The notes under the pieces were generated by a model. That model was not told the origin of the DNA, searched no databases, and saw only the letters and a list, made by a program, of their open reading frames with translations. Position numbers and translations under genes: made by a program. Source: a virus (lineage: Duplodnaviria; Caudoviricetes). Taken from it: a stretch of 64,000 nucleotides of DNA. Positions 48,301 to 57,249 of the stretch are shown piece after piece; position 1 is the first letter of the stretch, and every line of letters begins with the position of its first letter. The stretch is from the IMG/VR virus record IMGVR_UViG_3300034061_004620; one strand, 5' to 3'.

Positions 48301-51300
48301 TTATAGATGATGCCGCGTTCTTTCCCAGCTGTGATACTATATGCATTATTATTCACTTGGCTCGGAATAATAAAAAAATAAGGATTTGTTAAATCAAAAC
48401 CACTTACTGTATACCCGCCTGGACTTTTTTCTACAATAACTGCACTGTAGGTAATTTTATTAACCGGACTTCCTTTGTAAAGCTCTATTCTATAATTTTC
48501 CTCCGGTACAACCACACTGTCGTTAATGCTGCTGGGACTGCTTTGTTCAGCCAATAATTCAATAAATCGTTTGTCGGTGTATCCGGCCATTTTGTATGCC
48601 AGCTGTACGTCAAGCTCACTTAAATTTTCTTTAATTTGTGCAGCAGCATCTCCTATGCCCAAATTTTTAACGTAATCTCTTATCCAGTTTAAGTAACCGG
48701 CATTGCGTTCAATAGTGCCGTTGTTATCATAGCCTTGAATCAAGAGTGCAGTAGGAGTAATGTGTTGCCCTGTGGCTGAAATTTCAAATTGACCAGTGAT
48801 TGGATTTCTAATATAATTTTGAGTATTTGCCAACAAAGAAAAATACTTTGCTGGCTTGGCCAATGCCAATGCCATTTGTATAGCGTAAGGGAATTCACTG
48901 CTTCTACGCCATGCAGCTTCAACAGGACCAATATCCCCAACAGCGTAGCTGGTATTTGCTTTTGTGCTATCAAAATCGGCTATTAAACCAAATTGTTGCC
49001 CAGTTACCGTGTTGTAACCTCCTATTTCTGTAGGTGGTCGCAAATTACCATTTTCGTCTACTGGTATCATAAACGACAAATTAGGACGTTGATATCTTGA
49101 ATCAAATCCAATTCTTGGACCATCATGAATGTAACCTAAACTAAGGTCGCTCCATAAAATACTATTTCCTCCAGTGTATGGAGCAGGGCCATATCTATCT
49201 TCCCAGTAGCTTGGCTTTTCGCTGAATCCCAACATTTCCCACGGGTGTGTATGCGGTCTATCAGTATCGTAAAAATATTTGAAGATACTACGCCACGACC
49301 CAGGCGAGCTTTCGCCATTAACTGCATCAATAAATTTTTTATAATTCCACGTGAAAGGATCGGATGCCACAAAATAATCATTAGTGGTATAATCAACCCT
49401 ATTAGTGCCAATCCAAGATAAAAATCCTTGACTTAGAATTTGATTAAATTCTCCAAGCGAATAATCAGTTACTCTAAACTTACCCGGCAAATAGTCGTAC
49501 AAATTAAAAATATTTGTATCATAGACTACCTTGATATTGTTGTAGATACGACGTTCTAATTCTAAGATAAGTTGGTCTCTAAAATCACCAAAAGCAGGCA
49601 TGATACTGCCGTCATGTCCTTGAATAACGTCAATTGGTTGTCTATAAGTGTCGTCGGTATAAATTTCAGGATAGTATTTGGGATACATGCCCATCTTAGT
49701 CGGAGTCTCGGGCACAAAACAACCATCGGTATTATTGTATTCAACAATATCGATTCTGTCTCCGTACAATAAACCAAAACTTTCTGTTATTTCTACTGCC
49801 GGTCGATCTTGTCTCAAGAAATAATCTCTATCTTTGATTAGAAGAGTTTTTTGCTCAATATTGTTTATAGTTCTTGTTAAATAAACTAACACAGATTTGT
49901 TACTAATAACTGTGTCAACAAAAATTTTGTTAATTTCATAGGTCTTAATATCAGGATCTAACACAGTGTACGTAGGAATAATAACTCGTTCATTAGGTCC
50001 ATATGGCAGCATGTCGCTATAAAACCACGGAAAACTATCATTTTTAACTGCGTTTATAGTCAACATTATTTGATCAACACTACCAGGAATATCATCTCTA
50101 TCTAATTCTAAATTGCCTGCTAATTCAATGAATTTAATTTTAAATTTTGAATATTCTCTATTGGCCAACTTAATGGAATCAACGAAATTCATTGTTGGGT
50201 GATTAAGAAATAGTCCAGCATATACCACCGGCGCACTATGCTGTAATACACTACCTCCTTGATTTACATATTGAATATCTCTTAAATTACTATTACCAGG
50301 CACTGATCCTTGAACATTTAGACTGTTGTTTTTTAACGTGATTAAATGGTTTCGTAATTGCCCTAATGTTAATGTAGTTAAATTACTATTCAATCCGTTT
50401 ACGTCAAGATTGAGTGGTACTTCGTAGTAAGCTTTATTTGATGTAAAATTTTTGTTGAAGATACTAATGAAAATAATATCGTCTTTTTTAATTAAATCAG
50501 GACTTACCAAAATTGCATACTGATCCACTACCTTAGTTAAAACAAAACTACCTATGTTTAAAATTTGATTATTGACAGTAATTTTGATGTTCGGATTAAT
50601 TACGCTGCTATCGGGCGGATTGTCGATTGGAAACAAATTGGTCTCACCATCATACGTAAATTGATAGTTTTGGTATTGTTTAGAAAAATCTCTATTGATT
50701 GTCCAGATATTCTGTCGCTGATTTATTTCTGAACTTAGATTTTTTTGTAAATACCCAGAATTAACTTCAATTGTTTCAACTGCCCCGTTGGCCAACAGAT
50801 AGGTAAATGTGTCCGAATCAAAATTATTGTCAAATTGAATATCACCTTGACTTACAAAGTTTTTATAACTTAACGGAAATCCTATCACAGGATCAGCGGA
50901 TCCTGTACCTTTTTGGTACGAAAATATTTTTGTGCCTTTGAACGTTGTTCCTGAATAAGTTAAGTTATCCCCAAAACTTATTCCGTTGTCATTGATAATG
51001 TCAAATAATGGTTCCTGGCTGTATTCTGTTTTGGTTTGTGACGCAGTCCACAAAGATCCATTGTAGTGCCATTGTTTGCCCCCGTTGGTTCCAGATAATA
51101 CCACTACAGTGTTTCTTTCTACAATGTTGGTATCATCAGTTTCCTGTATATAAGCTTTATAAATCACAGAAGGTGGGAATTCCGTGGTCGCTTCAATTGT
51201 GAAATTATAAATTTTATTACGCACATCATTGTTGATATCATTGCTAAAGATCACTCTATCGCCATGTGTAAGAGTCAAGTTACCTATCGTTAGTGTAGTC

Positions 51301-53519
51301 TCATCTACACAAATTACTCCTTGTACTTGTGTAAATGCATTTTGTATAGTGGTGTCTAAGATATCAACAGGTTGTTTTGCTTCTGCACCAAAATTGAATA
51401 ATTGCAAACTGTCATTGAATTCAATAATAGGCCTGCTTGCTCTTGAATTTTGATTGTAAATTGCAATACGGCCGTTATACTCTGCCGTTTTTTCAATCAC
51501 ATCCATGTGGAACCATCTATTGGCTCGACTCCATGGATTTCTATCAAGACTTGAACGCTTTATTGTGATGTAGTCTGGTAAAACTGGTTGTAGATATGCA
51601 TTTAATAATGCTTCGCTTCCGGAACCGCCTTCCAGTTTAACTGGGTTTTGTGGTAAAATAGAATAAGTGCCTCTATCTTTGATAAAGAAATCTTTTATTG
51701 GGCCAGATGTGGGAGGGGCTATAGTTACAGTTGGAGGGGATGTGTAGTTGAGGCCTGCAGCATCAATTATAATATTTGTAACAACTCCATTGCTTATAAC
51801 TGCATGAGCAAATGCACTGGGATTTCCTGTTGGGGCCGAATCAATAGTTACTGCAGGTGCTGATAGATATCCTGATCCACCATTTACAATTGTTATGTTG
51901 TTTACTACCCCGGTTGTTGAATTTATCGAGGCAATAGCTGTGGCAGTGTCTAAAACTATGTCTTTCACAACCACAGTTGCATCCGCAGTACCTGTTCCTC
52001 CAGTAAAATTTAATCTATCTCCAATGACATAATCTTGACCTGCTTCGAGCACAGTACTGCTGTTAATTGATTCAATTGATACCAAGTCAGATTCTGGTAT
52101 CAGCACTATAGCAGATCCTACACCTTCTACGTAGTAATTAGTATTCTGCCATTGAGCCAATGCACTGCTATCAAACTTGACTTTTAAACCGTTGGTGAAT
52201 GTTATACCGTTTGGACTTTTATACTCAGTTCTTCCTATTATATCAACCAGTGGATCAATCACACTGTCTGTAGGTGCTACTAAGTTAATAAGGCCACTTG
52301 CATCATCATTTTCGCCACTCTGATAAAATAAAAAATCTTGGGGAGCAGTGATAAACGGCACCAACGTCAACAAATTCAATCTACTATAAAATTCTCTACC
52401 TGCGTAAGTTTGACCACCCTTGATTTTGACTTTGTGCTCGTTTGCAACTTGCAATTTAGGAAACAACACAATGCGTTCTACGTTGTCTTGATCTCTTTCA
52501 ATTTTAATTGTGAAGATGCCTGTTCTTTGCGAAAAAGGTATCAACTTGTTTTCATCAAAATATACTATACCATCTTCTATTCTTGCACTATCGTTCCAAA
52601 AAGTATCATCGATGTACTCTACATTAGTGAACACCACCGAGGCATTATCAAGATATCGAACTGGTCCGTCAATTCCTCCCAAGCTGGAAATTAATTCTTC
52701 TGGATTGGCACCTAACAGTTGGTGAAAACCAAGCGTGGTGGCATAATCAACTGTGTCAACTAATGGCATTGATGTCCACTGACTTTGCGCCGACGATGAA
52801 GGTACTGTGAATCTTATTGTACCTACATCTGCTCCGTTATTGGTAACACCTAACACTTGTCTGGTTGTTAAGTTCAGAAAACTCGGATCTAACCCGTTCG
52901 CACCAGGTCTGCTCTGAATAAAAAATTCATTTCCTGGTTCATTTATTACAAAGTCATATGTACCGCCTCGTGCCAATGTCAAAGTTGGATTGGGAGTTTC
53001 GCCGTACTCGCTAAATTTATAGATACCTTGAACACTGTCATACGTTACAGTAAACGATTGCTGTAGTTTTACTCCATTTGCAGTGACAGTTACAGGATCT
53101 GGACCGTTTGGTAGCCAATAATATTGACTAAAATTAACAAATTTGTCAAGATCAATTTTAGGATCATACGTGTAATATTCATTATCAAACAGTCTATTAT
53201 GATTGTCTACCAACCCTCCATGATACCTCAACTTGTTGATTAAATCAATATAAGTAGTAGCAAATTCAATTTCGCCGGTGACACTATTCTTGATAATTAG
53301 AGAAGGTTCCAGCTGATAGTTTTGTCTTTCTTTGTTGTTTTCTAAAATATAACTGTCATTAATTTTATACGATGGAGCCAGTTTTCTACCAATATAGCCA
53401 TTAATTTTTTTCAGCGAGGGTTCATTTACCAACTGGTCCAGCGTGGCATTAAGAAATTTTTTATTTGTTTCAGTCTGAAAAATTTCAGGTAAAAATTGAT
53501 GTGTTTTAATAACAGCCAT
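39327..53519 (-). CDS. Giant (4730 aa) virion structural protein, probably a baseplate wedge subunit with adhesin modules
   Basis: Uninterrupted 14.2-kb ORF immediately downstream of the gp6-like gene. Contains FG-GAP-like repeats, a second propeller repeat and NGGSGY...PxVxI repeats. Confidence 0.8.
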   Translation of the reverse strand: MAVIKTHQFLPEIFQTETNKKFLNATLDQLVNEPSLKKINGYIGRKLAPSYKINDSYILENNKERQNYQLEPSLIIKNSVTGEIEFATTYIDLINKLRYHGGLVDNHNRLFDNEYYTYDPKIDLDKFVNFSQYYWLPNGPDPVTVTANGVKLQQSFTVTYDSVQGIYKFSEYGETPNPTLTLARGGTYDFVINEPGNEFFIQSRPGANGLDPSFLNLTTRQVLGVTNNGADVGTIRFTVPSSSAQSQWTSMPLVDTVDYATTLGFHQLLGANPEELISSLGGIDGPVRYLDNASVVFTNVEYIDDTFWNDSARIEDGIVYFDENKLIPFSQRTGIFTIKIERDQDNVERIVLFPKLQVANEHKVKIKGGQTYAGREFYSRLNLLTLVPFITAPQDFLFYQSGENDDASGLINLVAPTDSVIDPLVDIIGRTEYKSPNGITFTNGLKVKFDSSALAQWQNTNYYVEGVGSAIVLIPESDLVSIESINSSTVLEAGQDYVIGDRLNFTGGTGTADATVVVKDIVLDTATAIASINSTTGVVNNITIVNGGSGYLSAPAVTIDSAPTGNPSAFAHAVISNGVVTNIIIDAAGLNYTSPPTVTIAPPTSGPIKDFFIKDRGTYSILPQNPVKLEGGSGSEALLNAYLQPVLPDYITIKRSSLDRNPWSRANRWFHMDVIEKTAEYNGRIAIYNQNSRASRPIIEFNDSLQLFNFGAEAKQPVDILDTTIQNAFTQVQGVICVDETTLTIGNLTLTHGDRVIFSNDINNDVRNKIYNFTIEATTEFPPSVIYKAYIQETDDTNIVERNTVVVLSGTNGGKQWHYNGSLWTASQTKTEYSQEPLFDIINDNGISFGDNLTYSGTTFKGTKIFSYQKGTGSADPVIGFPLSYKNFVSQGDIQFDNNFDSDTFTYLLANGAVETIEVNSGYLQKNLSSEINQRQNIWTINRDFSKQYQNYQFTYDGETNLFPIDNPPDSSVINPNIKITVNNQILNIGSFVLTKVVDQYAILVSPDLIKKDDIIFISIFNKNFTSNKAYYEVPLNLDVNGLNSNLTTLTLGQLRNHLITLKNNSLNVQGSVPGNSNLRDIQYVNQGGSVLQHSAPVVYAGLFLNHPTMNFVDSIKLANREYSKFKIKFIELAGNLELDRDDIPGSVDQIMLTINAVKNDSFPWFYSDMLPYGPNERVIIPTYTVLDPDIKTYEINKIFVDTVISNKSVLVYLTRTINNIEQKTLLIKDRDYFLRQDRPAVEITESFGLLYGDRIDIVEYNNTDGCFVPETPTKMGMYPKYYPEIYTDDTYRQPIDVIQGHDGSIMPAFGDFRDQLILELERRIYNNIKVVYDTNIFNLYDYLPGKFRVTDYSLGEFNQILSQGFLSWIGTNRVDYTTNDYFVASDPFTWNYKKFIDAVNGESSPGSWRSIFKYFYDTDRPHTHPWEMLGFSEKPSYWEDRYGPAPYTGGNSILWSDLSLGYIHDGPRIGFDSRYQRPNLSFMIPVDENGNLRPPTEIGGYNTVTGQQFGLIADFDSTKANTSYAVGDIGPVEAAWRRSSEFPYAIQMALALAKPAKYFSLLANTQNYIRNPITGQFEISATGQHITPTALLIQGYDNNGTIERNAGYLNWIRDYVKNLGIGDAAAQIKENLSELDVQLAYKMAGYTDKRFIELLAEQSSPSSINDSVVVPEENYRIELYKGSPVNKITYSAVIVEKSPGGYTVSGFDLTNPYFFIIPSQVNNNAYSITAGKERGIIYKDFKNAKYTVPYGFEFNSRQQVVDFLVSYQRYLLAQGFIFVDRDNDLKEQKDWILSAKEFLHWSTQGWKSGNIIVLSPVSTELKVFDESSVVDEIKNTPYSSRVLDVNFKPIIKNNFTAYRSSNTFTFKSNANQTIGFAELNLVQFEHLLILDNITVFNDILYVPELGNRQYRLKLVGAKTSGWNGSLELPGFIYSSDKVDEWLPGQDYLKGSIVKYKFRFYTATQNVTASDQFQTNLWKLISSSELRSGVINNFATNAQQGVNFYDIDNQPIAEDSQLFSNGLIGFRNRQYFNNLGIDATTQSKFYQGLIKQKGTVNAINALKGANFNNLETQVNFYENWAVRIGEYGATDVNKFIEIELNESAFSSNPTALQFVDDTVVKEPDVVAFDQSDIFKSAGEYAAKLFAAETNSQPKVYKSLPVAGFVNLDDIDATIFDIEDYETLTTIVNNIGIGYKIWVARDFTKNWNVYRASLIEGSLFALRYIIDDTVEVYFDRDHGLSESDLIVIKNFDSRYDGVYKVISVVDTNRFTITMYQNLQKIKDEQAVGGSGILFQLTSTKINVPSDVESVRPVQGWVENDKIWVNNLDAEQNWGVYNKTSPWKFINKVELDPSKMSGNDNFGQAVSLDPSTGTLLYAGAPNSGTGRAAIFVRAGNNSWAPSSFFWGNSTGLDSYGKVVANGNGYFAVGAPDSQSGTGYVYMYDNGVLIQIITDDTGVATDYFGSAIAMSHDGSYMYIGSPGADKVLCYALVTRTEGAQSIVGTGSATDFTLTSAVDSRSDVVVFATLRSAEYIPTVDYTLTTAANAVIDFTTVGTGATGAGTLTYNNLAATGGTGSGATFTVINSNSGAYSVSRINGGSGYANGDTLTILGSSLGGSAPANNLTITVSNNGPVDNISFVAAPVNFERIDLIRRSKFYKLIGTISGSTPGANFGTSVVTNKDGSVIVVGSNLDTNFDIDNNGKVNVYHRTIAEFTTDGVSGTFNLPQPVADVFRVTFNNQELVQGTDYYLIGSSAIQFPPFATPVIGQKIRVETNNFQPTQDLYPSISGIIGQKFGSAVAVCNTGCNVYVASPYYAEQHYSEGLVTRYVNNGRVYGIVTGTIENPTVVPGDTFVINDRTLTVAGTTLASVISLINAASIPGVQAENFNNKIKITSDSAVANNKLDIKMGVGTVIYDLGIEIYTAAQTIKHPNLNGERFGTALALSQVSGMLAVTSDGADISVPTTFDTSFTLTTFDSNSTTFVALAKDSGAVYIYDLMENPFESQDNPAIFAYTQKLVGPDLDTGFNFGASTSIYNGTLVAGVTNDYNIVSGGGSIYAYYNENNTGGWDLIRYKEKQVDPATINSAFIYNKKQQQIISFFDIYDPAKGKLLGIVDQELDYKEEFDPAAYNVAQGTNQIQNSNFYWSSRHVGKTWFDTSQSSFIEYEQGPLQYREKNWGSLFPGSQVKIYEWVESNFLPSQYTNSGQDGIPKYPDNSAYTSVTIVDPSTGIISQKYYYWVGNKTSVDVLQSKRSLSIQSLEKYISNPKDQNIPYMAALSQNSLALYNISNNLIANDVVLHVDTAVSRNTNLIHNEYQLIQQGNPNEKIPARILNKMKDSLVGFDDSGKIVPDPKLPLENSIGLLIRPRQGIFVNRLSALKNFVLQLNRIFEKNPVLLISNPATLYSEDVVPSGYDAEAGSFTEIEYLDVDAFADGYTILIRNDARFDGRWTLYKFNGNTKKFELDIIQSYKTSIWWSKIDWYSEQYETGKEIKYVVDTYGQILSLNLIPNDYVKILDDGIGNWLIFNVEADLSLTLIAAQNASVQFKDTLYEIKYGAGFDSTVFDIVDFDPVAAKEVGQIFDSVYKEILINSLAIEFNTLFFSIVNFIIGEQKNPDWIFKSSFIDVYHSLRTLEQLPNYIRDNQSFYEDYIKEVKPYRTIIKEFVPQYSKIDEVTGNWADFDLPARYFKSEETFRSPDVTKSSDAALFESVPIYNTYAENYKFKVSGYLLGNVGQNYILPPNVEIVGGGGTGAAAITTINSTTGQLTGIFVTNSGSGYTSIPTVFINGVGEGATAYPLLHNEYNQDGSYNTVRGISTSLKFDRIAYSSNIVEWQPNTAYQSTIVVDGNKANAWNLDRLRYVESTVITSQDNDVTEVFFKGDGTAMYIVGNSTDRIYQYSLNIPWDVSTAANIGAANLAPQDTNVQGLFIKDDGTEMFTIGTNTDSIYQYRLATSWMVNTASVVSSLDISSEESSPRAIELSQDGLNLYILGTLNDTVYQYTMTVPWEISTANYSGKSLSIAPKDNFPTAIRFKTDGSRLYVIGQQSDSINEYNLTTNWDVSTAVFTNSFNLETNTPTGMFVSYDGTKIYVSDSGTDEIRQYNFNSDGIIPIDSNVYITSGNLIYYNNEAYLATNANISSQSIFDFTRYNKVDSGNILLNAADRISAYYFPEVGRPGKDLEQLMFGVGFPGNEIQGKRFDANSFTFTSNIIGFNYTGMKITSANIQAVDFLENGFELDDTIRIRGQYNFDFKNDADFKVISVDHTEMMLSGPPIETIYTITLSSNVTNVQAGDYITQSNTTANAFILHDYADANVIQIIHSVTGFTVSANTIQINGVAGTAGISEIITGGTANVKITNLTIDNLLDSNIASFYKDTALGTRPEDINIVGGSYVDGYHSHAPEELIPGRIYDALEIRTFTNNSSNTATYGFREFKPMRGNIEFYRISANATTMLSANLGVADHDIFVGDVTVLPDPGAASGIPGEIFINGELIHYYQKYDSAKIAAASSWTANTFYSIDSLIAYNSNTYLVLGNVYANSTSYISNSSVRQVFVNTLSQLRRGVDGTGAATLHLANSKVVDTSLVQVLPDSAPKFATVTGNYNTTANVTWRITLGSPITANIGNYLVQSGNTANVRLLGNVVSSNTVAVHFVTGNLTIGSNVLTIFNQLNNTYLGTVANVRAMEILGQVDANGNVTLVNETITQSNLWIPLNTGVGLEGSTALAAQFIREEPSYTP
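41210..41915 (-). repeat. Five tandem protein-level beta-propeller-type repeats within the giant protein
   Basis: FFKGDGTAMYIVG..TDRIYQY..PWDVSTA / FIKDDGTEMFTIG..TDSIYQY..SWMVNTA / LSQDGLNLYILG..NDTVYQY..PWEISTA / FKTDGSRLYVIG..SDSINEY..NWDVSTA / VSYDGTKIYVSD..TDEIRQY. Coordinates approximate. Confidence 0.85.
44380..46460 (-). repeat. Seven FG-GAP/integrin-alpha-like blade repeats within the giant protein, interrupted by inserted domains
   Basis: FGQAVSL, YGKVVA, FGSAIAMS, FGTSVVT, FGSAVAV, FGTALALS, FGASTSI, each typically followed by ..GAP/GSP/ASP and G...hh. Coordinates approximate. Confidence 0.75.
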
Positions 53520-53530
53520 TCTTGTTCCTA

Positions 53531-56500
53531 TTAGATGTTAATTTGTCCTGCTGTAATTGCACTAATAATTTGTACATTGTCAACGGTCGCTGCACTTACC
53601 AAAATTTCATTTGGCTCGGCATTTATCTGATACAATGATCCAAATCCACTTAGCTGAGCTGCTGGTACTATTATTACACTGCTAACATTAGGACTTAATG
53701 CTGTGTGTAAATATGCACTTAATTCACTGAAATAAAATGTTTCGCCAAAATCCCAATTGGCAATATCAAAATAAGTGTTAATTGCTGCTATCACCTGACT
53801 TTTAATATCGTTATCACTTAAATTAACATTTGGATTTTTAATTACCTTGAAGGTGGCACGCAAAGAATCAATAGCCTTGTTTCCAAAAAGTGGTTTGAAC
53901 ACAGCAGGATTGTAGATAATGCTGTCACTTATGGTTTTTAAATTTTCAATTGAGCCAAATTCTGTTTGTAGCTCTACACTGGTTGGCGGAACAGGTTCTT
54001 GCAATCTATTGCTGGTATCAGTAATAAATGCATAGTACTGATCACTGTAAGTTCTTGTTAGAATGTAAAAATCTATTAGATTGTTGGGACTTGGATCTAT
54101 TCTGCGATTGTTAGGCGCATTATGCGTGTACTGGAACATAATATCCTGTCTACCTATTCTGGCTATATAGTTTGTAATTAACGTGACCGATGAGCCAGTT
54201 GACTCATAAAATTTGTCTTCGCTGGTGGCATAAAAAACAGTATCAACAGGATACAATGTAATATTTGTGAGTATAGTTGATTCATCTGGATATATAGACA
54301 CAATCAAATTTTGATCAACCGGATCATACTTGGCAAAATTGAACTCGTCGATGGTTTCAACAAAAAATACGTACTTGTGTTCAGGATTGGTTTCTGGATC
54401 TACCAAGATGTCAAACAAATCAGGATTATCAGGCACCTCGTCTAAATTATCATCAGGAAAAGTAATTAAAATTTTTCTATTATCTTCAAATCCATCAACT
54501 TCTACAACACGGTCGGCCACACGATATGTTTGACTATAATACAAACTGTTTGCAGAATCTGGTAAGGTATTTGTACGTAGTACTTTTATTTCATCTAATT
54601 TTGTAGTTGCTGTTCTACTGTCATAAACCTTGACATCAGGATCGTAGTAAAATCTTGTTTCACGTTCGCTTTGGAAAAAGTAATTTAAACCACGACTTGT
54701 GACCGAGTATGCTTGATTCACAAAAACAAATTTTAAATACCAACTGTTGTCCAATCCCAGACCCGAAGTGTTACCAGTATTGGTCAAATCAAATTCGCCT
54801 GTTCCTATGTTTGCCTCATCAATCGTGGTCCAAATTTTGTTTGTGATATCGTATCTCAACGCAAAGGTTTTATAACTTAACACGTTGTTGATAATTTCTG
54901 TTATTAAAGATGATGGCCAGGCATTTGCAAATACCGGAATCACTTGACTTATTTCTGCCCCAGTTGGCACTACAACACTAAGTGTTGCGTTGCCTATACC
55001 CGGAGTTGGATAAGATATAACGCTTGCCCATAATTCAGTACGTTGAAATTCTGTTTCGGGAGTTCCTGTTTGCAATTGATTTTGAGCATCAAAATACTTG
55101 CCAGTTGGAGCAAGAAATTTGATTAAAGCTCCTTGAGTAATGTAAATGTAACTGGATGCATTAAAGGTACCAATACTACGTCCGCCACTGTTCAAAGATT
55201 GTGTCCAAGTGCCAGTAGGTGTATATCTGGTGGCTGTTTTATAGTACAAATGCTTGGTAGACAAGCGAGAGATAAGAGGGGTAATTACATTTCTTACAAT
55301 AAAGTTTACTTCACTGCTGCTGGTAAATTGAAAGGTTTCAATTTCAACTGTGGGCTCTGAGTAAATTATTCCGTCCTGTGCAAATATATTTGTGCTCGAA
55401 TATTTGCCGGTGGCATCTACCACGTCAAGATATCTGCTTACTCCAGAGCTTGATCGATTGACTGCTTTAACTTTTAAAATATTGCCAAAAGTGGTAAAGG
55501 GAAGGGTATTATAATCTTCCCCGGTGACCATTCTGTTTTGGGTGTAGTATTGTTGTGGCGCTTTGATGCGTATGTCCTCGAGAGTCTCTCTGGCCGACGC
55601 ATTTGTCACTGTATACTCTAAACTTGCACGCACTGAAAAAGTTTCTGCTCTGCCGGTTCTTCCACGGTAAGGAATAGTGATTGTGACTGCACTCATTTCT
55701 TCCGGAGTAATTTTGTAAGTTTGATTGTTGCTTACCCGATAATAAATTCTAAAGTTTCCAATTGGTATATTGGTAAATGCACCATCGCCGAATACCAAGT
55801 CAACTTGATCATTGGCTCTGGTGCTTATGCTGTAGAGATTTCTATCTTCTGTATTGTTGTAAATCACATTAATGCCGTTCACAGCAGGCACTTGAGTCCA
55901 TAACGTGGTTGGTGTGCCAGCAGCATTCAGCGAGTACAGCCAAACGTCTGAGTTGTTAATGTTGTCAAAATTAATATTAACTATACGATTGGGTAAACTT
56001 TCAGTAATAGAGAAATCAAGGCTTCTCAGGTCTCCTTGTTTAAAATAAAAAAAGTATCCGGTATTGTTTGACCCATTGCCTTGATTATCGTTTTTATATA
56101 AAAAATTAAAAACACCGCTTGGTGCTGGGGGTTTCTCGTATATGTAAGCATAATTTGCGGATGTTGGACTTACTATTTCAAATGGATAGGTTACTCCTGC
56201 AATACTTGCCGAGTAGGGTTGTACTGGTATGACTCCATTCAACAAATCTATAGAATACTCGTCGGTTTTTACTCCACTTAGCGTTTTGGTCGCACCAGGT
56301 TTTCCAATTGCTTGAGTGCCCACAAGCACAGCGTTAAGAATTGCTGTAAACTGCTCTAACCAATTTTCGTTGGTATTGTCATTCCAGTTAACTATCAAGT
56401 TACTTAAATTTGTTCCAGTGCTGTCATAGATGATTTCAGATGTACTGACATTTTGAAATTTTAAAAAACCTGCTGCAGGTATGCTACGTTTGGGATTATA

Positions 56501-56815
56501 ACTTATCAGCTTGGCTAATTTTAAAATACTGTCGCGACGTTCTGCAGTGTCAAGAAAGTTTTCTCTGGCATTTAAATCTGTTCTAAATGCCAAACTTTGA
56601 CCCAGAAATGCTATGAGATCTATTAAGGCAATGTATTCAGAACTTTCAGTAAAATCATTGAAATCTTCAGGATAATATGTACGCAAATATTCGATCATTG
56701 ACTTGCGTAAGGTTTCAAAGTCAAAGCTTTGGAAATCAGCTTCTCTGAAAGTTTGATAGATTTTAGTCCAATCTTGTTGAACTAATAAACTGGTTTGTCT
56801 TGTGGTAATTGCCAT
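53531..56815 (-). CDS. gp6: Baseplate wedge subunit, T4 gp6-like
   Basis: DFQSFDFETLRKSMIEYL...NDF.ESSE...LIDLIAF...ENFLDTAERRDSILKLAKLISYNP; ETLEDIR..APQ.Y.TQNRMVT.EDY. Confidence 0.88.
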   Translation of the reverse strand: MAITTRQTSLLVQQDWTKIYQTFREADFQSFDFETLRKSMIEYLRTYYPEDFNDFTESSEYIALIDLIAFLGQSLAFRTDLNARENFLDTAERRDSILKLAKLISYNPKRSIPAAGFLKFQNVSTSEIIYDSTGTNLSNLIVNWNDNTNENWLEQFTAILNAVLVGTQAIGKPGATKTLSGVKTDEYSIDLLNGVIPVQPYSASIAGVTYPFEIVSPTSANYAYIYEKPPAPSGVFNFLYKNDNQGNGSNNTGYFFYFKQGDLRSLDFSITESLPNRIVNINFDNINNSDVWLYSLNAAGTPTTLWTQVPAVNGINVIYNNTEDRNLYSISTRANDQVDLVFGDGAFTNIPIGNFRIYYRVSNNQTYKITPEEMSAVTITIPYRGRTGRAETFSVRASLEYTVTNASARETLEDIRIKAPQQYYTQNRMVTGEDYNTLPFTTFGNILKVKAVNRSSSGVSRYLDVVDATGKYSSTNIFAQDGIIYSEPTVEIETFQFTSSSEVNFIVRNVITPLISRLSTKHLYYKTATRYTPTGTWTQSLNSGGRSIGTFNASSYIYITQGALIKFLAPTGKYFDAQNQLQTGTPETEFQRTELWASVISYPTPGIGNATLSVVVPTGAEISQVIPVFANAWPSSLITEIINNVLSYKTFALRYDITNKIWTTIDEANIGTGEFDLTNTGNTSGLGLDNSWYLKFVFVNQAYSVTSRGLNYFFQSERETRFYYDPDVKVYDSRTATTKLDEIKVLRTNTLPDSANSLYYSQTYRVADRVVEVDGFEDNRKILITFPDDNLDEVPDNPDLFDILVDPETNPEHKYVFFVETIDEFNFAKYDPVDQNLIVSIYPDESTILTNITLYPVDTVFYATSEDKFYESTGSSVTLITNYIARIGRQDIMFQYTHNAPNNRRIDPSPNNLIDFYILTRTYSDQYYAFITDTSNRLQEPVPPTSVELQTEFGSIENLKTISDSIIYNPAVFKPLFGNKAIDSLRATFKVIKNPNVNLSDNDIKSQVIAAINTYFDIANWDFGETFYFSELSAYLHTALSPNVSSVIIVPAAQLSGFGSLYQINAEPNEILVSAATVDNVQIISAITAGQINI

Positions 56816-56835
56816 ATCTTATACCTATTATTCAA

Positions 56836-56842
56836 TATTTAT
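56836..56842 (-). promoter_or_regulatory. Late promoter core ATAAATA
   Basis: Intergenic ATAAATATTGAATAATAGGTAT...ATG upstream of the gp6-like gene. Confidence 0.65.
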
Positions 56843-56863
56843 GGCAATTAAAATATGGTATTT

Positions 56864-57244
56864 TTATGACGCAAGTAGTGTATTGGAATCTGAATTGAAT
56901 TCTAACTTTAACTGTTCGCTGTAATTGCCTGGCAAAAATGTTAAATCAATTTGTATTTGTAAACCATGCTCAAATTCGTTAATTAACACGTTATCCACTG
57001 CCAGTCGTGGATCGTACCCCACAATCCTTTTTACATCTTCAACAATAGTTGACTGAACGTCGGCAGTAAGAGGTTCAAACAACATGTTCCAAATTATGCT
57101 GCCAAAATCTGGATTCATGAGCTTTTGACCTTTGCGAATGCCAAAATGATTTATCAAATCTTGTTTGACCAATTCAGCATCAACAATGCGGAATTTTTTT
57201 ATGTTGTTTATAGTGCTGAAGCCTTTGTATCGTGTGTTAGCCAT
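56864..57244 (-). CDS. gp25: Baseplate wedge / sheath initiator, T4 gp25-like
   Basis: DLINHF.IRKGQKLMNPDFGS.IW.MLFEP...I...DPRL. Confidence 0.9.
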   Translation of the reverse strand: MANTRYKGFSTINNIKKFRIVDAELVKQDLINHFGIRKGQKLMNPDFGSIIWNMLFEPLTADVQSTIVEDVKRIVGYDPRLAVDNVLINEFEHGLQIQIDLTFLPGNYSEQLKLEFNSDSNTLLAS

Positions 57245-57249
57245 ATTAG

